This document shows, one piece after another, positions 50,669-61,000 of a stretch of 64,000 nt of DNA. Both the position numbers and the translations under genes were made by a program. Under the pieces are notes generated by a model. It was not told where the DNA came from, searched no databases, and worked only from the letters and a program-made list of their open reading frames with translations. Location: positions 5,952,001 to 6,016,000 of the forward strand of contig OU015568.1 in NCBI GenBank assembly GCA_907165135.1. The letters are read 5' to 3'. This stretch comes from Oikopleura dioica (lineage: Eukaryota; Animalia; Chordata). The number at the start of each line of letters is the position of its first letter. Position 1 is the first letter of the stretch.

Positions 50669-52814
50669 TTAGTCTTCGATCATATCGTCAATCCAACCCC
50701 AGGCGATGATTGAAATGCGCCCTTCGTCTTTGAAATTGTTCGGGTGGACTGCCGGGATTCCGTGGCGCCATTCGACATTCACTTCTTTGCCGAAGGTGTA
50801 GATGGTGCCGTTGTACTGGGGCACGGAGATCGTCGTTTTTGTCTTTTCAACTGTTCCATGAAGGAAGAGAACTAGGAGTACCTATCAATGGAAAAGCCGA
50901 GCTAGACTTGGAAGCCTGTGTAAAAAAACTGACAGGGTTTAAAAATCTCAGATGAAAAGCCACGTAGCAGCTTTTTCAACAAATTCTGAACATTTCAGAC
51001 CCTGACTTAGGGCATGACTCAGGTTTTTTCACAGGTTTCCAAGCCTCTTCTTTCTCTCTCTTTCTCAAAATCTGAGGAACAGTTCCTTGGCGTGTTCAAA
51101 GGCAGCTTCGCGCTCCATGCCGAAGCTGACTGCAATGGTGAGGTTCTGCGTCTTCGCCTTGTCCGCCTGAATAATAGAAAAGGATAATAAAGCTTTGATA
51201 AATAGCGAGTGAAGGATGAAACCGCTTTAAGAAAGGTCAATCCGCCTCTTCCCCTTTTTAATTAAAATTACCTTTACAGCAGCTGCATCGTGGTGAAACG
51301 GTTTCCACTCGCTCGAATTTCTGTACCAGTTGAAGCGCGTCGCTTTCACGTCCATTTTGAAGTACTCTGTCATTTTCTTCACAACTTTGAGGAAGGTGGG
51401 ACACCTCTTCTTCCAATTTCCTTGTTTATCATCGGCGATCAAGTGGGAGTCGTTGTGCCATTTAACAAGTAGTTTATCTAAAACGAATTATGAGAGATTT
51501 TGTCTTTTCGTAATTTCAACAAAAATGACCTTGTTTCGATGGTGAGTTAAATTTTTACCTTGATCGATGCCGGAGTTTTGAATCTCATCAAGTAGACTAT
51601 TGTAAATGGACATGTCGTTTTCATCCCCGAATAGGCCATTTACAACGACGACATCCCTAATCTCAATTTTAATTAAAAGTCTCTATTATTGTCCCAGAAA
51701 TATTGCTCGAGAAAGAGAAGGACGAAATAATCGATCGATTTCTCTGTTGAATAATTCTAGTAGCGCTCTTTTCTCCCTACCTATGGTTGTAAGGGCGTTT
51801 GTAGGAAGTCCAGTGAACAGGAGCAGGGACCAATCGGAGATCTGGCGGCTTGTAGCTTGGCTTGAAGTCGACTGTATTTCGCCCCTTGACCATTTTGACG
51901 CTTTTGTTCTGTTTCGTCTTGTTTTCGTAGTTTTGGCTATTTTCGCCGTTGTAGGAGTGATCGTGGTCGCCGTTCTGGATTCGATTCTTCCAATTTTCAT
52001 TTCGAGGATTTCGATGTTGACGATTTTGGTCTTGATCTTCGTGGCTCTGGCGAATGTGGTTGTTTTGCAGACGACCTCGTTGACCGCGATTTCCGCTACG
52101 ACCTCTGAAATAAGAAATGATTAAGATATCTCTAGAATTATTCTGAGAACTGAAAGGCCGCTTGCCGCTTCTTGAAAAAGACCGAAAAGCCGCGCTCTAA
52201 AGCGGACTGGGCTCGGCAACCTGAGTAGAAAACCTGAGTCAGGGTTCTAAAAGAATAAAATGAAAAGCCGCTTCGCCAAAATAATCAACTCAATGAATTT
52301 TTTAACTAGCGAAGCCGCTTCGCGGCTTTGTTTTTAAAAAAGCCGCTTCGCGCCTTTTCATTTTACTCTTTATGAACCCTGACTCAGGTTTTCTAATTAG
52401 GTTGCCGAGCCCAAAAAGCGGATTTGAATTGATTCGCATCGCAGCTTCGTTTTTAACGCGGCTTTTCATGAAAAACAATATTTTACTTACCTGTTTGAAT
52501 TCTTGAACTGATGCCTGTACTTTTCATAATCGTCGTTGTGATTCTGGTCCTTGGCAGATCCGGAATCTCCAGAATGATGAAGCCGAACTTCTCGATCGTG
52601 ATCGTGCTGGTAACTCTTTGGCTCCTGATGTTCTTCTTTTCGCGGTTTTGCCACGGAGAACTTTGAGAATTGCTCCGCCAGGTTGTCCAGGTCATTTGAC
52701 TTTTCACGGCTCTGGAATAAAGAAGGTTAATAATTTCGAATAATCAATTTGAATTAAAAATAGAAATCTTACATTTTGCGGCCCTTTCGCCCGGTAAAAT
52801 CGATCTTCTGACAT
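50669..52814 (-). CDS. AlkB-like 2OG-Fe(II) oxygenase with low-complexity N-terminus
   Basis: KATRFNWYRNSSEWKPFHHDAAAVK (HxD), TIAVSFGMEREAAFEH, EWRHGIP (distal His) and GRISIIAWG (2OG-binding Arg). Preceded by an R/N/H/Q-rich region. Confidence 0.8.
50902..51047. mobile_element. hAT-like MITE in GA-AG intron of AlkB-like gene
   Basis: ttggaagcctgtgtaaaaaa / ttttttcacaggtttccaag arms with cctgac cores. Confidence 0.7.
52207..52414. mobile_element. hAT-like MITE with perfect 8-bp TSD
   Basis: CTGGGCTCGGCAACC..GGTTGCCGAGCCCAA flanked by AAAGCGGA (52199-52206 and 52415-52422). Confidence 0.9.
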
Positions 52815-53224
52815 TGTCTGATTCTTCTCTCTCTCTCTTTTCTCCTCTCGAAATTCTCGATCGATAAAATACAATTCGTAATTCGCGAAATTGGCAGCTG
52901 CGTCTCGGAAAAATTTTTTCGCGCGCGATTTCGCCCGACTGGATTCTCAACTGACGCGCCTCGGCCAATTAGATTCGCGCGTTCGTGGAAAGTCAAATTC
53001 TCAATTAGGAGTTACAAATTTCGATTCTAGAGCCTAGTATCTGAATTCAACCCACAGTTTAGTAAAGAATTTAAAAGGATTTATCCCTGAAATAAAGATT
53101 GAAAAGATTTGAAAAAAACATCGAATTTTTCTATTGATTCCCGATTTTTCTCCTCATTTTCGCGTGGATCTGAAGTTTGTACATTTCACAGCTGGTAGTG
53201 AAGCTGCTTGGTAGAAACTACACT

Positions 53225-55279
53225 TTAGAGATTTTTCCATCGGAGCCCTGAAGAATTACAAAAAATCACTTTCAGTTCGCAAACCGCTATTTCTTTGAAC
53301 TCGCTCTTGATTTGCTCCTCTAGTTCGTTCGACTGCTTCTTGTCGTCTTTTCCCCGAATAAGTCTTGCAACAGTTCTGAACTCCTTCCAGTCCTCATCGA
53401 CGCCGTCATCCAAATCGTGCAATTTATATATTATTTGACGTAAAAACTGATCAACGAAAGGAATAAAGCAGTTTTTTCCTGACAGGTCTTTTTGACTTCT
53501 TCCGAGGCCTCGCTGTGAAAGAACATCAGCTACTGGAACTCTTTAATGTTGATAGTACTGTCCTTATTTATGGTAAGAAATACGCGTTCGCCTAATCTTA
53601 AACAAAAAAGTTCAGTCGGAAACGCTGTGTGCCATTAAAATTAAGATTAAAGATTGAAATGTGACTGAGCTTATCAACGAAGAAAATGGTTTCGTAGGAA
53701 TATTTGTCGACCACAAAAGGAGAGTAAATGCACTAAGCAGCCACAAAAGACCTACCGGTCAAGCTATTTCTATTTATGGAAAAGGGGTGTTTTCTTGTTG
53801 ATTTTCACTTTCCATGAACTTTGGATCGTTTCATTTCCACAACAAGCAACAACATTATGAGCTCCTCTCTTCAGCCATCGTCTACACCTTTATGGGCAGA
53901 TCGAAAGATCTCGCCGTGGGTCCAAGAAACGTGGATTCCGATGGCTGCCGTCACGTAACAATCCTTCCCTTGAGACTTCGAAAACGGCGCTTTTCAGATC
54001 TGAATCGGACCCGAGATTGGCGAACTTGCTCTGTTTCTGCTCCGGAGCGATCATTCTTCTTCTCGGAATTTTCGATCTGGGCGCTGTCGTCAACTACATT
54101 TCAAATCCTGTTCTCGTTGGTTTTATTTCAGGAACGCGTTTTCATGAATAAGTTTCAAAAAAAGTCTTCCTTGATTTCTTCGCCAGATTTTGTGAAAGCG
54201 TGATTTCCAGCTGCATCGATCATCATCCCCTTTTCTCTTCTCGAGCGAGTGTCTGGTCTCTCTGGCCTTCCTGGACCTTTTACCAGAAAATGGTCATGCG
54301 CATTGGAGAGTCGAAATACTACGACGCGGTTATTGGACTGAGCACGCTCGCTACTCTCCTCGCCTTGAAAAATCTTCGAATTCACTTTGAAGACCCAAAA
54401 GAGGGCGACTCCGCGGTTGTGAAGTTTGGGCTTACTTGATTTCTTGCGGCGAAGAGTCCAATCCGTCTCTTCGATCATGTTATTCACCGCATAGAGGCAG
54501 CGGATTGAATCTCTTTTCTTCCTTATTTTTCCTCGAGAAGCCGTTCAGTCCATTCCAGCGTCATTTCCGATCTCTGGAGCAGCTCTTGGCCGAGGTTTTG
54601 TTCGCTCAAGCTGACGACCACTTTCATCAAGCTCGCGCCTTCCGTCCGCGATTTCGAGCTAAAGACGACTTGAATTTCGGAGCTTTGAAATGGACTTACC
54701 AGCTGTTCTTCAATCCGAGCGCGTAAGAGGAATTCCTCAAGACACGAGATGATTTCCTGGAATATCTCGGCAATCAAAACTTGTTCCAACAAATTGAAGA
54801 GTCCGTTCAAAGATGATTTTTTCACGACGTCGTCGTAACAGTCCAAAGTCGATGACGCTGCCAAGTCGCAGAATTTCAGCTCCTCGTCGACGCTTTTTGT
54901 TGAATTGCTTATGGCGGAATCAAAGCTATCTTCGTCGTAGAAGTCTTGATAAATGATCATCTGGGACGACTTCAGTGTCGATTTCGCTCGTTGGATAAGA
55001 TCTGGTGGCGCTTGCTCTCCGGATCGTATTTTCTTCACGACAGAATTTGAACTCTCTCTTCTGGTTCGGCTCCGTCTTTTCCAGCGTGTCTAGGAGTTCT
55101 GAATATTCGTTGTAGAAGAAAATTCGAGCCCTTAACTTACCTTTGCTCATTTTCTTTCTCAGTTCCTTGTCCCTTTTTTTTCTTTGATGCTCATCAAAGA
55201 AGAGCTTGGCGACGAGAACAGCGACTCCAATCGTGGCATGAGAGAAGAAGACAGTGATGACTTTGCGGATTGAGGGCAT
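53225..55279 (-). CDS. Uncharacterised multi-exon gene with N-terminal hydrophobic anchor
   Basis: Several protein-like ORF segments bounded by GT/AG sites (MPSIRKVITVFFSHATIGVAVLVAKLFF.., a 171-aa segment, a last exon ending at 53225). The exon chain is not resolved. Confidence 0.4.
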
Positions 55280-55580
55280 TTTGCACTGATACAGCTAACC
55301 GTTAAAAACGCTTGGGAATAAGGACTTGTTTGCTTGAAGCCCGGTACCTATTCTGCCAAATCTGGGAAACTGATAAATCAAAACTGCAGTTCGAAAGACG
55401 GGTTCGACAAAAAGAATAAAGTTTGTTTTGTATTCAAATAAACATGCGTCTTTCACCTCATTTACAACTGCTCTTGACTAATTTTTTACCTCGAAAAAAC
55501 AGGAGTTTTCTTCTTTGATTTCAAGATTTGCTTTTGTAAAATGAAAAAAAGTATATTTTCAAAATAACAGCTTGAAGAGA

Positions 55581-56130
55581 ATGTCAGACGATCATTTGAG
55601 TACTTCTTCGTCCACGTGAGGAGAATTTGAATACTCAAAAATCACATCGACTAAACATTTTCAAAGTCATCGATTTGGTCTTCAACTAACGGAATTCTTG
55701 GCTTTTCAATTGAAAATCAGTCCCGCTGAGCATTTTGTTAATCACAATCAAGCATCTCATCTCATCAGAGAAAGAGCTCGAGGACGCGAGGATTCTGAAG
55801 CGGTAGCAAGAGCAGGCACTAGAGCCTTCGACCTCGCCTACATCATCATTCGCTTCTACGAGAAAGTCAACAAGGATATTTACGAGGACTTCTTGAATTT
55901 AAGCGAACTTGCAAGGTCTTAAATTCCTCCTAGAGCTGGAGCGTCTGACATGATATGATCTTTTCATGAAGCAATCCGTGTTCTACCGCTCAATCGGCGT
56001 CGACGAGGACTTCTGCAACTTCATGTTCAACTTAATGCGAGAAAAGCTGAACGAATACGCGAATGGGAAATCTAGCTGCCCTTGGACCGGCCGAAACAGC
56101 GAGTTTCCGAACAGCAAGCCGCAAGCATAA
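55581..56130 (+). CDS. Uncharacterised small protein (~150 aa, 3 exons)
   Basis: MSDDHLSTSSST|HRFGLQLTEFLAFQLK..DFLNLSEL|QSVFYRSIGVDEDFC..KPQA*. The second intron needs a GC donor. Confidence 0.45.
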
Positions 56131-56299
56131 CGACTCGTTATTAACGAGAATTCAATTCCTTTATTTGCAGAAAGATGAATTTAGTCTAAGATTTGAAAAC
56201 TTCGTTTATTAGTTATTAAGAAGCAGGAGAGAACTCTTTGAATATTTCTTTCAGAACTGCTATCGCTGAACTTTAAATAGACGCTCTATTATAGACTCC

Positions 56300-57481
56300 A
56301 CTATTTGAGTTCGCAAAATTGAAATTTGAAACTGTAATTTTACAAGAAAAATTGCGAACTGGCCTTGTGCTTCCGGCGAGGCAAATTTCCGCTGACTCTT
56401 CCAGATCTTGAATGCCTCCTTCAAATCCGGATCGTCACTTTCCGCGAAATCTTGTTCCTCCATTTGATCGTACTTTTCGCTAGCTTTGTCGAGCCCAAGC
56501 AGGAAGGACTCAAATTTGTGAAGTTTCTCCGCTCATCGCCTTTGAAACTCTTTCGCAATTTTCGCAATTTTCGCTTCTTGATTTTTGACTGTACCTATAA
56601 GAGGTTCTTTTGGATCGGCAAATTCCCCGCCATCGTCAAGTAGCCAAGCAATTGTGGACATGTTGTGCTCGGCTTTAAAGCCATATCTTGCATAGAGATT
56701 GATTATTTTCTTCAGAACATGGCCTCTCTTTTGTTGGTTACAGGCTAGAAAGGATAAAAAATTATAACCAAATAGGGAAAAACGAAAATCGTACCTAAAT
56801 GAAGAGAACTGTGCTTTCCTTTTGCTTTGAAAGGCTTCTCTAGCATTTCTTGGTCATCTTTATATCGTTTAAAAGTTATCTTTGAACTTGAAAACGGTTT
56901 TCTTCCGATGACAGCAAGGTCGAGAATGCTCATATTGAATTCGAGCTCATCCGAAGCCGAGCCGCAAGGAAGCTGGTGAAAACGTGCGCTGAAGTCACGC
57001 TGGAAATTATTAAAAGGATTAAATTCTTTTACCTTGCGCGGTTCTCGTCTCGACCATGCTACGAGTCATCGAGCGCTCATTCTGCAACTCCGTGAACGCC
57101 TTGACTGCTTTTTCCGTCACCGATCGAAGTCGTTTTTCGGGGTGGCGGGCAGCTTCGTTCGCAAAGGCCATTTACTTCCAACTTTTCTTCCCAGTATTTT
57201 CGCTGCTCCTCTAACTGAACGCTGTAGACTCTACAGTGTAGAGTTTCAATCACTCGGTTTGAATCTTTGCTTCCAAATCTTTCGAATTGTCCTTCGTCCC
57301 TACGATTTTCTCGGAGCTTTCGTTCGTAACCAGTCGATGGACGAAATAATCTCGAGCGTAGTCCCAAACTCGATTGTCGAAGATGTGTCCTAGAAATGCT
57401 CCTGAGCGTGCTCTTGTGTGCATCTCCCGCAGCTAATGTTTCCGCAAACGAGGCCTTATCCATAGATTTTCTTTTGAATTG
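56300..57481 (-). pseudogene. BRAP: BRAP (BRCA1-associated protein) pseudogene fragment, ZnF-UBP plus coiled coil, split by the LTR element (5' part resumes at 63977)
   Basis: Joining across the insertion gives CNSKENLWI/LVCGNISCGRCTQEHAQEHF*, NRVWDYARDYFVHRLV and QLEEQRKYWEEKL, matching BRAP. It has an in-frame TAG and several frameshifts. Confidence 0.75.
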
Positions 57482-57737
57482 TGAAGGGATCCTAGCTTCT
57501 GCTGAATCTCCCACTTCTAGCGTAGTTTGCCTGCTCTCTATATCTGGACGAAGGAAGAAAACGAGTAAAGTATCTTTGACGTCTGTATTTCGAGCTGGAG
57601 TAAAATAGAGGTTAATTCACGAACTGCGAGAATTACCGAATGAAGAGAAATACACGGCGGCGACCGAGCAAAGCTCGATCTAGATAAGCAAGTGACCTTA
57701 GGGGACGAGGGAGTCTAACGAATCTAAGATCCCAATA
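57482..57737 (-). repeat. 3' LTR (256 bp), preceded on the element strand by a G6 polypurine tract (57738-57743)
   Basis: Direct repeat of 63717-63972; no differences seen by eye. Confidence 0.95.
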
Positions 57738-58046
57738 CCCCCCATGAGACTGAAACGTCCTCTAAGGCCAAAGTGTGTGATTTTTGCAGGAGTATAAGCG
57801 TAAGATGAGTAACATGGCAGGTTCGAAACGTCGAGGCAGTCTGATTCGCGTTAAAAAACCCTTTTTTGGGAAAAAGCTTGAATCAGATGCGAAGTTTTCG
57901 TGATGTCCGAGCGGTGATGACATGAAGGAGTAGCTGCACATGTAGAAGAACTCAAAATACGTCGGCGACGGTAAACTGTGATAATTTCCGTACCTTTTCA
58001 GGCCCCGGTCGATGAATAGGGGACCTGAGTGGGGCAGTACTTGCGC

Positions 58047-61000
58047 TTAGTCGTATGACTGACCCGAGTTTGTGCCGATGTTTAGAGGTTCGACGGGCCT
58101 CGTTTCACGGTGTGCTCGTTTTGTATGTTTCGGGAGATGAGCTGCTCCAACTTCGGTTAAAGTCGCATTCGGATCGGCGCCGGCTGAGTATTGACGATCT
58201 GGTGAAGACTTTGGACGGGTTCTTTTCTTGCTGTTTTCAGTTGCTGAGCCCTCAACTACTGTTGAATTATGTTTATCGACTGACATATGGCTATTGTCGG
58301 GCGCAGCAACCTCCGAAATCACTGTAGCATCAGCTGACATGTCCTCGGCAGTTTCATAAAGAGTACCACCAGAGTACCAGCGATCTGACGGCTCGGCTGG
58401 AGCTACCGACGAGTCCAAAATAGATGTAGCGGTTGTATCTCCCAGATTTTCCATGTCCAATCGGCGTCTACTTTCCAAAATAGGTGATAGAGATGATCTT
58501 GGCGGTTTTTCCATAGCAACCATCGGAGTCGACGCGACCTGAGAAGATTTCCTCCCCCCATGCGACTTCGACCCGGACTTTTCCATCGGTTTGGAAGTAG
58601 GAACAGGCGATTTTTGTGGGACTTTCGACTTAACGATTTCGGTTAAATGTGGGAATACGTACTCGGCCTCGTAGTAATCAATCCAGCGTAAGTCGTGATT
58701 TCGTTCTGCGGCGTGAACCACGTGTTCTCGATGGATGAAATCACGTTGTCCTTTTTTATCTTCGACCATGACGACCCAGTCGTTGCTCGAAACGGCTTTC
58801 AGGGGACCTACCCAGCGTTCCTTCTTGCTTTTAGCGTCGGTCAGGTTTTCTCGCTTAATGTACACGACAGCGCCAGCGGGGATTGGTCTCGGCTTAGGCT
58901 CGTTTTTCAGCCTGTGCTCCATGGCTCGGTCAGCAGCTTCCATCGCAGTTTTCACAATGGCTTCCGCCGATTTCGCTAAAGCTCCCACATTGAGACCAAA
59001 CACCTGAGGTGTTTCCGCTGTCATTTCTGCGCCAGTAGAGTGGGTGAAAGTACTTTTTCGGCCAAACCAAACTTCTCGCGGTGAAATTTTCGTGCTTTTG
59101 TTTTTCACACTATTGAGCGCGCGCATCACGTGGGGAACGCAGTCGGCCCAAGTTTTTCGACCGGAAGATGAGTTGACCATGCAGAATAGACTGTTTTTGA
59201 TAGTCCGATTCGCTCTTTCTGCGAAAGCGTTTGATTGAGGGTGAAATGCGGTACTTATTGTATGTTTTATCTGGTTAAGCTTACACATTTCGTCAATCAC
59301 GCTTGCGCAGAAGTGGGTACCTCTGTCACTGTGTAGATGTTTCGGCAAGAAATCCATGGGAAGGAAGACCTTGTAGATGAGCGCTTTTGCGGCGCAGATA
59401 GCAGTGTCGGACCGTGTCGGAATGCACCAAGTGTAGCGAGAGAAAGTGTCCGCCACCACCAAATAATACTTGAATCCGCCAGCGGGAGGCATACAAGCGA
59501 AATCGATCTGAATCGATTCGCCAGCTGTTTTTCCACGACGAAGGGTTCCAAGTGGCGGTTTGGTACGAGTTCCAGCAGATCCTTTTCTGCGTAGGCAAGG
59601 GACGCAGCTGTGGACGTAGTTAGAAACATCGTCTTGAAATGAAGGCCACCAAACGTCCTCTAATCGCTCTAAAGTCCGCGGCTCGCCCAGATGACCGGAC
59701 AAGTCGTGAGCTAGAAAGAGAAAGTGACTTTTTACCGCTTCCGGTACCACCGCCCGCGCGCCAGATTTGAATTGACACATCAAGCACCCGGTAGTGTTAT
59801 CCAGGAACAGAGCTTTTTCCATCTTGAGTAGAGACGATTGTCGGTGGTCGGAGTCCTTCACCAGCGATTTTATGTCCAGTGGCTCCTTACCAGATTCCAG
59901 AAAAGTGATGATTGCACTCAGAGCAGAGTCCTCCCTTTGATAGTCCAGAATGTTATTATAATTCGCTGACACCAACGGAATCTCCATTGGCGCCGCGATA
60001 GCCTTGACGTTTACCTTATGTATCTTCACCTCTGATAAAGTGATTTTCTCCGGAAACTGATTTTCGTTCCAGAAAGGGACGAAGACACGTACTGGTGAAT
60101 TCTTGTCGATTTCGTACTCGCGACCAACGGGAAACTCGGAGTCGTATCCAAGTGATTTGTCGTCCTCGCCAGGTCTGCGGCTCATAAAGTCGGCGAATTG
60201 ATTTTCTGATCCCTTGATGTAGACAATGTGAAAATCGAATTCTTCCAATCGGCTTTGCCATCGGCTTATTTTAGAATTCTTGAACTTCTTTTTGTGTAGG
60301 AAGATCAAAGATCGGTGGTCTGTGTGAATCTGAAAGAATCTACCTTTCAGGAGCTTTTCCAGTCGCTCGCAGCACCAGACAATGCTAAACATTTCCTTTT
60401 CTGAAGTGTTCCATTTTCTTTCAGCTTTGTTGAAGGTGTGGGAAATCGCGCTTACTAGGTGCACTCTCCCGCCATACTCTTGTAGCAGGACGCCACCCGC
60501 TGCGTACAGGCTCGCGTCTGTGTAGAGATGAAAAGACTCGTCAAAGTTAGGAAAACTTATGACTGGAGTCTCGGAGAGTCGTCGTTGAATTTCCTTGAGC
60601 GCCAAATCCGCTTCTTTGGTCCACTTGAAACAATTTGTTTCGTTCGCCGAATTTCGAACATCGTTTATGGGCTTCATTCTGCTCGAGAAGCAACCGGATG
60701 AAATAGCTTCGCCCATTTTCGTTTCTAGAAAACCTCGGATCCAATTCAATGACCCGATTAATGAAGCTAACTCCTTTTGGGAGCGTGGGGGTTTCATCTG
60801 ACGAAGAGCGGAGACTTGCGCAGGGTCCGGTTTGATTCCATCTTCGTTGATGATTCGGCCCAAAAAGTGAGCTTCGGATTGTAGGAAAGAGCACTTTTCG
60901 CCCTTGAGTTTAGCGTTAAACTTGCGGAGCGCGATGAATAGGTTTCGGAGAGTGTTGTAATAGCAGCTGAAAGTCTTCCCAAAACACACTATGTCATCGA

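Noticed and set aside
57077-57514. 145-aa ORF starting inside the LTR (MGDSAEARIPS..)
   Set aside because: Chimeric read-through of LTR sequence into out-of-frame BRAP pseudogene pieces.
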